The notes under the pieces: generated by a model | Seen by the model: only the letters and a program-made list of their open reading frames with translations | Databases searched by the model: none | What the model was told of the DNA's origin: nothing | Shown here: positions 1-7,741 of the stretch, piece by piece | Layout: every line of letters starts with the position of its first letter | Position numbering within the stretch: the stretch's first letter is position 1 | Position numbers and translations under genes: made by a program | Assembly: GCA_964408285.1 (NCBI GenBank) | Contig: CAYOYV010000016.1 | Coordinates: forward strand, 1 to 35,988 | Reading direction: 5' to 3' | DNA: 35,988 nt | Source of the DNA: an uncultured Nitrososphaerota archaeon | Lineage (GTDB): Archaea; Thermoproteota; EX4484-205; JAAOZO01

Positions 1-1
1 C

Positions 2-1813
2 CCGATGGCTGAGGTCCCTTTCAAGATAATTGTGCTGGATGAATGTGACTCGATGTGTTTGCCTCCAGGAACACAGGTGATAATTGGAAGTCCGAAGAGC
101 AATCGGATAGCAACGACTCCTATTGAACGGCTTAATGAAAACCGTTGGAGGGTGATGCCATCCGTTAACCTAGAAACGGGTGAAATCGAAGATGATCACG
201 GTTTGCTTGTCGATTCGGGCTATGCGGAGTTCTACAAGATTACTCTAGAAAACGCCGAGAGTGTTGTGGCTAGTCCTGAACACCCGTTTTTTGTGATGAA
301 GAACGCAGAGCTAAATGCAGTGAGACTCAAGGAGCTAAAGGTCGGAGACGAAATCGTAGACTATTCTGACAAGATTATGAGAAAGTGTGAAATCTGTTCT
401 AAACGAACTCTAAACGAAAGATTTTGTTCGAGAGCATGTGCGAATAAGGGGCATTCCTTAGATATGGAAGAAAAGCGCAATCCTATGTTTGGAAAGAGAT
501 TTGGCCTTGAACATAGACTAAAACTCTCTAAAGGCATAAGAAGAGCCATCCGTCTCGGAATTCTCAAAAATCCTAATCTAAAACCAGAAGTGAGAACGAA
601 AAAGAGTCTCATAATGAAAAGATTGTGGGAAGACCCGACTGTAAGGAATAGACTGCTGAAAGGTAGCACAATCATGAAGACAAAATACAAAGGAAAATCA
701 GATATGCAAATAATGGGTTTTGAAAGGGCGGAAAGGAAAAGGCTGTTAGCGAGTTCTACCTATCGAGAAAACGGGATTTTTCTGGATAGCCGTTACAGGA
801 GATATGTGCCGAAAACTAAATGGACGAAATGCCAAGTTTGCGACAAGAAAACTGAAACCCATGGTTCTGACGGGATCTATGTCCATCATATAGATGGAAA
901 CCCCCTTAATAACAAAATAGAGAACATCGTGTTGATTTGTCCAAGATGTCATAATATCCTACATGATGTTGCTACAAGAAGTTGGTCAGATGAAAGGAGG
1001 CGTGAATGGAGTGACGAACTGAAACACAGATATAGTGAACGAAAGAGATTAGAGCTTCCATTCAAGTTAGGTGCTCCGATCATCGACCCCGTAAAGGTCA
1101 CTGAAATTGAATATGTAGGAAGAGGCAAGGCGTGGAACGTAAGGATGAGGAAGAATCCCTGCTTTATTCTAGGCAACGGAATAATAACTCATAACACTGA
1201 CGAGGCCCAACAGGCCCTCAGGAGAACGATGGAGAGATTCTCTGTAAACACCAGATTCATCTTGATAGCAAACGAACTCTACAAGATAATAGAACCAATC
1301 CAATCACGTTGCTCGGTGTTCAGATTTGGTCCATTGCCTGACAGAATAATAGCAGACAGGATAAAGGAGATTGCGAAGAAGGAGGGCGTTCAGTATGAGG
1401 AAGAAGCAATGAATCTGATGGTCGACAGGGCTTATGGAGATATGAGGATGGCAATTAACTTGGCCCAAGGAGCGGCTGCTGAGAACAAGAAGATAGACCT
1501 GAAGAATGTCAGGCAATTCCTCGGAGCATATGGCCTGGACAGGATAGACGATATGTTCGAGAAGGCCGTCTCCGGTGATTTCAATGGAGCAATCGGTATC
1601 CTTGACAAATTGCTTTATGATTCAGGTGTTCCGCCAAGGGAGATAGCTAGGAAGATCCAGAAGAGAACCTACGATTTGAATGCCAGCCCTGAGAGGAAGA
1701 TGGATCTACTTTCAGTATTGGCAGAGGTGGAATATAGGTTGACTGTCGGAGCAGATCCGGAAATACAGTTCTCCCTCTTCCTGGCAAAACTCTCTGAGAC
1801 GCCGAAGAGGTAG
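2..1813 (+). CDS. rfcS: Replication factor C small subunit, intein-containing, 5'-partial (frame open at window edge)
   Basis: Extein reads PFKIIVLDECDSM|TDEAQQALRRTME (Walker B region), then RFILIAN..KIIEPIQSRC (SRC motif) and GDMRMAIN (sensor 2). Walker A is absent, so the N-terminus lies upstream of the window. Confidence 0.96.
   Translation, partial: PMAEVPFKIIVLDECDSMCLPPGTQVIIGSPKSNRIATTPIERLNENRWRVMPSVNLETGEIEDDHGLLVDSGYAEFYKITLENAESVVASPEHPFFVMKNAELNAVRLKELKVGDEIVDYSDKIMRKCEICSKRTLNERFCSRACANKGHSLDMEEKRNPMFGKRFGLEHRLKLSKGIRRAIRLGILKNPNLKPEVRTKKSLIMKRLWEDPTVRNRLLKGSTIMKTKYKGKSDMQIMGFERAERKRLLASSTYRENGIFLDSRYRRYVPKTKWTKCQVCDKKTETHGSDGIYVHHIDGNPLNNKIENIVLICPRCHNILHDVATRSWSDERRREWSDELKHRYSERKRLELPFKLGAPIIDPVKVTEIEYVGRGKAWNVRMRKNPCFILGNGIITHNTDEAQQALRRTMERFSVNTRFILIANELYKIIEPIQSRCSVFRFGPLPDRIIADRIKEIAKKEGVQYEEEAMNLMVDRAYGDMRMAINLAQGAAAENKKIDLKNVRQFLGAYGLDRIDDMFEKAVSGDFNGAIGILDKLLYDSGVPPREIARKIQKRTYDLNASPERKMDLLSVLAEVEYRLTVGADPEIQFSLFLAKLSETPKR
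56..1195 (+). mobile_element. Intein (380 aa) with central HNH homing endonuclease, inserted in rfcS just after Walker B
   Basis: Starts CLPPGT (block A), has SPEHPF (block B) and LKVGDEI, ends GNGIITHN followed by Thr (+1 nucleophile). Removing it restores DECDSMTDEAQQALRR. Central part has CQVC..VHHIDGNPLNNKIENIVLICPRCHNILH (HNH). Confidence 0.93.
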
Positions 1814-1821
1814 GCTCTTCA

Positions 1822-2976
1822 TTGGCATGGTTCGAGGAACTTAAGCCTTCAGATTGGTCCGAGATAGTTGGGAACAATGAAGTAAGACAGGGATTCCTCA
1901 TGTGGCTTCAGAAATGGAATCCAAGGCAGGAGAAAAAAGCGGCCATCCTCTTTGGACCAGCTGGAGTTGGTAAGACAATAACGGCAGAGTTGGCAGCAAA
2001 GAAACTGAACTACAATCTCATTGAGCTCAACGCAAGCGATGTCAGAACAGGGGAAAGACTGGTCGAGAGTCTTTTTCCAGCCATGAGAAGCATCCCCCTG
2101 ACGGGGAAGAGAAACCTAATCCTGCTGGATGAGATTGACGGCCTGAATCAGAGGAAGGATACCGGGGGCATTGCGGCCATATCAGAGATGATAACGGACA
2201 CGGCCACGCCAATGGTCATGACCGCAAACAATCCCTGGAAGCCCTCCCTAAGAGAGATCAGGGAAAGATGTGAGCTCTTCGAACTCAGAAGGTTGAAGAA
2301 GGAAAGCATTCTGAGGAAGCTTCACGAGATCGCGGATCGGAGGGGAGCAATGATTGAAAAGGGTGCGCTCGAGCTCATATCGGAAAAGGCAGATGGAGAC
2401 ATAAGAGGTGCTTTGATGGATCTGCATTCGCTTGTATCTGAGACAAAGGTTCTAAAGAAGGCCACTGTGCAAGAGCTACTTCAGGATAGAATAAGGGAGG
2501 AGAACGTTTTCCAGGGCATCAGGAGCGCCATACTCGCTGACGACCCGACGGAAATCAGACAACACCTCCGCGACATTGATGTGCTCCCTGACGCACTAAC
2601 TGACTGGATATACGGCAATGCACCTAGCATCTGTTCTGATCCGAAATCCTTAGCTGTGCTGATGAAAGCGGTCGCGGAGGCCAATTACTTGAATGCAATA
2701 ATGTGGAAGAAAAGGAATTGGGTCCTCATTCCGTACATATATGACGTGCTATCATTGGGCCTCGCTTCTGCCTCAAGGAGGAGGGGATGGGTGAGGCTCT
2801 CAATGCCGAAGAGGATATCACAGAGGTGGGTAAGACTCAGTAAGCTAAGGAAGAACGTGGAAATGGCAAGTCAACTCAGAAAGGACATCCATGAGAGGAC
2901 TTCCATTATGATGACACAGGTTCTGCCCCTTCTCAACTATCTCCGAACCAAGAGCGAAACGGCGAGGAGGAAATGA
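1822..2976 (+). CDS. rfcL: Replication factor C large subunit (TTG start)
   Basis: W.E..KP N-terminus, GPAGVGKT Walker A, IELNASDVR, LILLDEIDG Walker B, GDIRGA; 8 nt downstream of rfcS. Confidence 0.93.
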   Translation: MAWFEELKPSDWSEIVGNNEVRQGFLMWLQKWNPRQEKKAAILFGPAGVGKTITAELAAKKLNYNLIELNASDVRTGERLVESLFPAMRSIPLTGKRNLILLDEIDGLNQRKDTGGIAAISEMITDTATPMVMTANNPWKPSLREIRERCELFELRRLKKESILRKLHEIADRRGAMIEKGALELISEKADGDIRGALMDLHSLVSETKVLKKATVQELLQDRIREENVFQGIRSAILADDPTEIRQHLRDIDVLPDALTDWIYGNAPSICSDPKSLAVLMKAVAEANYLNAIMWKKRNWVLIPYIYDVLSLGLASASRRRGWVRLSMPKRISQRWVRLSKLRKNVEMASQLRKDIHERTSIMMTQVLPLLNYLRTKSETARRK

Positions 2977-2987
2977 GGGCCAGACAT

Positions 2988-3269
2988 CTATCTGAATCCG
3001 TGCGCAAGTAGCTCCCTGAGGAGTTGGGCTCTTCGGTCCAGCGGATTCAGCTTGAAAAGACGCATTCTTCCGAATTGCCTGCAGTGCACTAATCCCAATT
3101 CCATCAATTCGTTGACCATCCTAGATGCACTAGTATGGTTCAGGTTAGCCCTTCTTGAGAGGGCAGACATCGTAAGCTCTATCTCAGAATCAGCTAGGAT
3201 TCTGATCAATCTCATGTATGGGGCGTCAAGGAACCCACTTCGTTGCTTAGCTGGTTGAATCCTGTTCAT
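2988..3269 (-). CDS. Small winged helix-turn-helix (ArsR/MarR-like) DNA-binding protein
   Basis: ELTMSALSRRANLNHTSASRMVNELMELGLV....FGRMRLFKLN wHTH pattern. ATG at 3269 (TTG at 3278 is an alternative) overlaps the cdc6 stop. Confidence 0.8.
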   Translation of the reverse strand: MNRIQPAKQRSGFLDAPYMRLIRILADSEIELTMSALSRRANLNHTSASRMVNELMELGLVHCRQFGRMRLFKLNPLDRRAQLLRELLAHGFR

Positions 3270-4398
3270 CCTTCTCAAGCATCCGGCGAAGGGCTACAGC
3301 CGGTGGGACCAAGAACAGAATTGTTGTCCTGCCTCTCTTGCCGAAGCTCTTTACGCTTCTCTTCACGAACCCGATCTTCTCAAGGTCCGACAGCATCTCC
3401 CATAGTCTCGTATGGGAAACTGGCTCCTTCCCTCGCTCTTCCATGTACCTCCTGTAATCATCCTCGAATCTCCCCATCGTTGTGTATGCCTCGTTGCCCT
3501 CGGAGAAGGAAATAGCCAGAGAAGCTAGGATGTCCCTCTGCGTTTCACCCAACGACGCCAAATCTGATTCTGATGGGAAAGACGGCAATATCGAAAGCGC
3601 TTTCCTCACGGCCTCCGGGAGGATCCTATCGCAACCATCGGATTCTGAAAGCGCTGCAGCCCTGGCCAATATCTCTATCGCATACCTCGCATCCCCCGAC
3701 GGCATTGCTGAACGGGATATGAGCAACATAAGGGATCTGTCATAGGATCCAGGGCTCAAACCCATTTTGGCTCTGTCCTCGATTATGTTGGCAAGCTCTT
3801 CCTCGGAATATCCGCTCAATCTTATCGCGGGAAGAAAAGCCATATCAGGTAGCCTTTCGTCCCCCATGGAGGCCGGAATTCTCCTCATGGTCAGAAGAAC
3901 CCCCAAGTTGTTTGAGGCCTTCACAGATCTCTCGTGCATTCTCAGGATGGCATAGAGCAGATAGGTGTGTTCCCTGATCAACAGAGAGTCTGCGTTGTCG
4001 AGAACGACCAAGAGAGGTTGCTTTGCCTTCTCTAGAGAATCGATGAGGAAAATCAGTGCCTCCTCTATTGATATTCCTCTGAGGAATCCCTGTGCCAGCC
4101 TCGCCATGATCAGGGTTCTCATGAGGATGTTGTACTCAGAGCCCTCTATTCTGCAGTTCACAATGAAACCAAGGCCATCTCCCTTTTTTGAGTGATACCA
4201 CTGAGCCAGCATATTGGAAAGCAACGTCTTTCCACTTCCTGTAGGTCCGACCAGTATCGTCCTCACGCCAGAGGGTTGTGCATCTAGAATTGGAGAGAAG
4301 GAACGGAGGAGTTGCTTCAGCTGTTCATCTCGATGGAATGGCCTCTTGGGCAGATATGCGGGATCGAAGGGCGTTCTGTCTACGATTATGCTTCCCAT
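3247..4398 (-). CDS. cdc6: Cdc6/Orc1-family AAA+ protein with C-terminal winged helix
   Basis: FDPAYLPKRPFHRDEQL N-terminus, GPTGSGKT Walker A, VNC motif, LVVLDNAD Walker B variant, GDARYAI sensor 2, C-terminal wing GKRGRTT. Confidence 0.93.
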   Translation of the reverse strand: MGSIIVDRTPFDPAYLPKRPFHRDEQLKQLLRSFSPILDAQPSGVRTILVGPTGSGKTLLSNMLAQWYHSKKGDGLGFIVNCRIEGSEYNILMRTLIMARLAQGFLRGISIEEALIFLIDSLEKAKQPLLVVLDNADSLLIREHTYLLYAILRMHERSVKASNNLGVLLTMRRIPASMGDERLPDMAFLPAIRLSGYSEEELANIIEDRAKMGLSPGSYDRSLMLLISRSAMPSGDARYAIEILARAAALSESDGCDRILPEAVRKALSILPSFPSESDLASLGETQRDILASLAISFSEGNEAYTTMGRFEDDYRRYMEERGKEPVSHTRLWEMLSDLEKIGFVKRSVKSFGKRGRTTILFLVPPAVALRRMLEKDEQDSTS

Positions 4399-4399
4399 C

Positions 4400-4969
4400 T
4401 CAGTGTTCCTTCTCTTCTTCTGACTTTGATCCTTCCTTCATATAATCGATGCTGGAGATGATCTTCTCACGGAGAGACTTCGCTGAAATTGGAAACTCCG
4501 CTGGCAAGACCGAAACTGCAGCCAGGCCATCTATGACCTCAACATAGATCACGAAACCAGGATTCTTCAGGTCTACCGATAGCGGATGTCTCTCTTTGAT
4601 TGAGGCTCCGATTTCCCTCTCGAGGAGAGTGCTTGATATTTTGGACCCCCGCACCTTGGCCCTGACTGCGAAGCTGGTCGATTCCTGCCCGTGAACGAGA
4701 TCGAGGCAGGCTTTCTTTATCTGATCCAGATCCAGAGCACAAGTCTTCTGAACGGGGATGAGCTTAGAGATATGGGTCGGGAGGGAGTCCATCACCATAG
4801 AATGTGCCTGAATTGGGTCAAGATCAGTTCTCACGAGGTATAGATCCCTATGCTTCGTATTCGTCACCTCGAGATCGATATCATGGAAAAACAACGCATC
4901 TACTACCTCGGTCTTGGCTGCTTCGCCTGAGCCAGAGTTCGATGATAGTATGAGGAGATTCCTCGCCAA
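4400..4969 (-). CDS. THUMP domain RNA-binding protein (Tan1-like)
   Basis: SFAVRAKVRGS..SSTLLEREIGASI......VDLKNPGFVIYVEVI THUMP signature. TTG at 4969 preferred over GTG at 4990 because of spacing to the AT box at 4991-5000. Confidence 0.85.
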   Translation of the reverse strand: MARNLLILSSNSGSGEAAKTEVVDALFFHDIDLEVTNTKHRDLYLVRTDLDPIQAHSMVMDSLPTHISKLIPVQKTCALDLDQIKKACLDLVHGQESTSFAVRAKVRGSKISSTLLEREIGASIKERHPLSVDLKNPGFVIYVEVIDGLAAVSVLPAEFPISAKSLREKIISSIDYMKEGSKSEEEKEH

Positions 4970-4990
4970 TTGCCAAGAATAGGAGAACAC

Positions 4991-5001
4991 AATATTTATT
5001 A
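4991..5001. promoter_or_regulatory. Probable shared AT-rich/TATA element of the divergent THUMP and rpo12 genes
   Basis: AATATTTATTA lies about 22-35 nt from both start codons (4969 minus, 5026 plus). Confidence 0.5.
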
Positions 5002-5025
5002 GTTGTCTCGACGAAGCCCTTCAAA

Positions 5026-5181
5026 ATGGAGAAGCAGAACATACTATACCGGTGTCTTTCCTGTAACGAGAGGTTCTCCCCTGAAACGTTGTCCACCAGG
5101 GAGATAAGGTGCCCATACTGCGGGTATAGGGTCGTCAAGAAACTCAGGACAGGTTCAGTAAAGATCGTGAAATCCGAATAG
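5026..5181 (+). CDS. rpo12: DNA-directed RNA polymerase subunit Rpo12 (RpoP), 51 aa; not in the ORF track
   Basis: Manual translation MEKQNILYRCLSCNERFSPETLSTREIRCPYCGYRVVKKLRTGSVKIVKSE*; Y-x-CxxC...IRCPYCGYRV..K.R is the Rpo12/RPB12 zinc ribbon. Confidence 0.95.
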   Translation: MEKQNILYRCLSCNERFSPETLSTREIRCPYCGYRVVKKLRTGSVKIVKSE

Positions 5182-5188
5182 AATCGTC

Positions 5189-7369
5189 TCAAGCAAGAGC
5201 CCAGCTTAGATAGGGATCTACCCAGTTAGACCACCACTGAGCTGGATTCTTCAATGGTATGGGTTGTAGCTTGGTCTCTTCCTCGGGAGATGGATTCTTG
5301 CCCAGTGGCAGACCGTACAACTCGTTTGAATAGAAGGGGACACACTCGGACAATGACACATCAAGATTATTCAGTAGAAGTAGATTCGAGTCCTCCTCTA
5401 GTCCTAGATAGGTCATTGCGTCCAAGAGATAGGGAGTGTCCCTGGGCCATACGACACAGCCGTGGTACTGCTCGTCATCAAGATAAGGCCCGCATTGTCT
5501 CTTCTGAGTCAGGAGACCAAAAGGTGCCTCTTTTCTTGGATTGAGTTTCATTATCCTTCTACTGACTACGAGTTCAGATCTTGCTTTGTCATAGGCCCTC
5601 TTTAGACTCTGTCTTGGCAGGAGGTCCTTCAATAGCGTCATCGATATGAAGGACGGCGAGGAAAGAGTCTGGTCCTTCCATTCAATGTCGTTGTGAATGA
5701 ACAGGCAGTTCGCAGGGAGGTCTTCGGAATCGCAAAGAAACTGCCTTTCAAATGCCCTCGTTGCCTTTTCCAGAGCAATCTTGAAGGGGCCCGGATCCAA
5801 TCCCAAGTCCGCCGAAACCCTTGATGCTTTGTCCAGGACCAGAATCCATCTTGCCTGTATTTCAGGGAGCACGAAATTCGGGCCTTCGATTAGGCCGATA
5901 GCCTTGTTGAGATCTGATTCCTGGGTGAGAATCCAATCATAGAAGCTCGGTGGCATTCTTGTGGAAACATGCCTGAGTTTCTCCCCCCCGATTTCGATAT
6001 CGACCTTCGAATCAGTCCAGCTGTAGCTTGCGGGGCACAACAGGGCGCCGTCGCTTTCTTTGATTTCTGGTATCTCTTTTTTCTCGAGAGATTGAATGAA
6101 CCGGATTAGGAGTGAGACCCCTGACCTAAGGCCTCGGAGATTGCCAATCGATCTACAATACTCCATGAGAAATTGGTGAAACAATAGGGTAGAGTCAAGC
6201 GAGTTGTATAGGACCAGCGGGCCATCTGATCTCCAGTCTATCAGATTCGGAAGAAGCCCGAACTCGTTGACATGCCTCAATCCTATCTCAAGTTGCGAGG
6301 CCATATAGTGCTGAAGCCCCAGTATTGATAGGACATTCCGATTCCAAAGAAGGCCCTCGTACACATCCCTCAGCCAACTTCGCCTGAACCACCAAGCCCC
6401 CGCCTCTCCAGCTATCAATTGCCTGTCCCCGAGATCAACCCTGATTCCGAAGAGCAACATCGAACAGATTCTGCCGTATAGGGCGTTTCTCACACTTTCA
6501 TTTACTGTCTCAAATGGTAGTAGTGAAAGCAATCCACGCAAGTTTGATTCGAATAACTCAATTGAGTCCAGAATCTTTCTCGGGGCGTCTTTGCCCACTG
6601 GAAATCCTGTTGTCACTAATAACTGAAGGACCGAGTTGCTACCAATTGGCTTCAATTCATATGGACCGACTACGGACAACGTTGAGCTATAGGGGACAGA
6701 CTTCACACCGTCAGGAGTCTGCCGCCTAGATCCGAACCCCTTCTTATATATCCAATCCAACCTCGTAAGAACGGCATGACTGGAATCCGTCTTCATATCA
6801 GAAGCAATCGATACATATATGTTCTCGTTCCTGCAAACGAAATTGTTGGTCATCAAGGGATCTATGATTGGAGGAGCTGATTCTCTTCGTAGGGGCCTGA
6901 GGTCTAGAAGCAGATAGATCCGAAACACGGTCTCGCTGGTCCTGTCTGGAAGTCCTATTTCAAGGCACAAAGAAGAAACATCGACGGCCCCGACATCTCC
7001 AAGCGAATATCTCACCATTACTTCTTGCTTTTTACTCATGTATTGATATGATGCCCGAATCGGACTGACAACCACCTTCGCAGGGAGCAATTTCCAGTTC
7101 TCTCCGCCGGAGGTCAAAGCTATGCCAACACCATCCAGAACCTTCCAAGGGTCGCCACGATTCAGGAAGCTAAGACCCTCGCTGCCGAAATCCCTATTGG
7201 GAACTATGAATTCGTCCCCGTTCGGCAACTCAACCTTCGCGCTGAAAACGCTGGACGAATACTCTGAAATCGGTGTGCGAAGCAAAATCCTCCTATTCCT
7301 AGCGAAATCCCAATCTGGACTCTCTGAAGAGTCAAGTTCAAGATACGGAATCGGTATTACCTCCTTCAT
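5189..7369 (-). CDS. Amylo-alpha-1,6-glucosidase / glycogen debranching enzyme family protein
   Basis: AGAWWF...WLRD, GLLPN, YNSLDSTL, SWTDS, PEIQARW, YHGCVVWP and NPAQWWS motifs of the GDE C-terminal alpha-barrel. ATG at 7369 preferred; the ORF-track extension to 7522 looks non-coding. Confidence 0.85.
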   Translation of the reverse strand: MKEVIPIPYLELDSSESPDWDFARNRRILLRTPISEYSSSVFSAKVELPNGDEFIVPNRDFGSEGLSFLNRGDPWKVLDGVGIALTSGGENWKLLPAKVVVSPIRASYQYMSKKQEVMVRYSLGDVGAVDVSSLCLEIGLPDRTSETVFRIYLLLDLRPLRRESAPPIIDPLMTNNFVCRNENIYVSIASDMKTDSSHAVLTRLDWIYKKGFGSRRQTPDGVKSVPYSSTLSVVGPYELKPIGSNSVLQLLVTTGFPVGKDAPRKILDSIELFESNLRGLLSLLPFETVNESVRNALYGRICSMLLFGIRVDLGDRQLIAGEAGAWWFRRSWLRDVYEGLLWNRNVLSILGLQHYMASQLEIGLRHVNEFGLLPNLIDWRSDGPLVLYNSLDSTLLFHQFLMEYCRSIGNLRGLRSGVSLLIRFIQSLEKKEIPEIKESDGALLCPASYSWTDSKVDIEIGGEKLRHVSTRMPPSFYDWILTQESDLNKAIGLIEGPNFVLPEIQARWILVLDKASRVSADLGLDPGPFKIALEKATRAFERQFLCDSEDLPANCLFIHNDIEWKDQTLSSPSFISMTLLKDLLPRQSLKRAYDKARSELVVSRRIMKLNPRKEAPFGLLTQKRQCGPYLDDEQYHGCVVWPRDTPYLLDAMTYLGLEEDSNLLLLNNLDVSLSECVPFYSNELYGLPLGKNPSPEEETKLQPIPLKNPAQWWSNWVDPYLSWALA

Positions 7370-7741
7370 CCGTATTTGAGGAAGAAGATGGAGTATTTTT
7401 CGATTATGCAACCAATTCTCATGGAGGTAAAAGACAGCAAGACGAGTTGTGTGATCGGAGCCTGTTGACAGGAGGCAATGTTCCACGGCCCGAGAATGCA
7501 CCATTGCGGCCAAGAATATCAATGCTCATCGGGTCGGCATTTCTTTGAATCAACAATTAGCTACTGGGCACACTGAGATGCTTGTCGAATTAGGTCAGGA
7601 CATCCGAAGGCAGCCGTGCGAAATTTGAACAATATGAGCAAGGAAACGAGCCGGATTCTAATTCTGACTCGCACAATCTAATTTATTGACGAAACGCTTA
7701 AAAACGTTATATCAGACCCGCTACGTCAAGGCGCAGAAACT

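Noticed and set aside
4881-5192. 103-aa minus-strand ORF from the track
   Set aside because: Antisense shadow of rpo12 and overlaps THUMP; no motif.
7370-7522. N-terminal extension of the debranching enzyme ORF
   Set aside because: Non-protein-like sequence that covers the likely promoter; ATG 7369 is more plausible.
7478-7576. 32-aa ORF (MFHGPRMHHCGQ...) preceded by GGAGG upstream of acs
   Set aside because: No recognisable motif; ORFs this short arise by chance.
7686-7729. TTGACG...CGTCAA inverted repeat around the acs promoter
   Set aside because: Only 6 bp with a 32-nt spacer; insufficient evidence.
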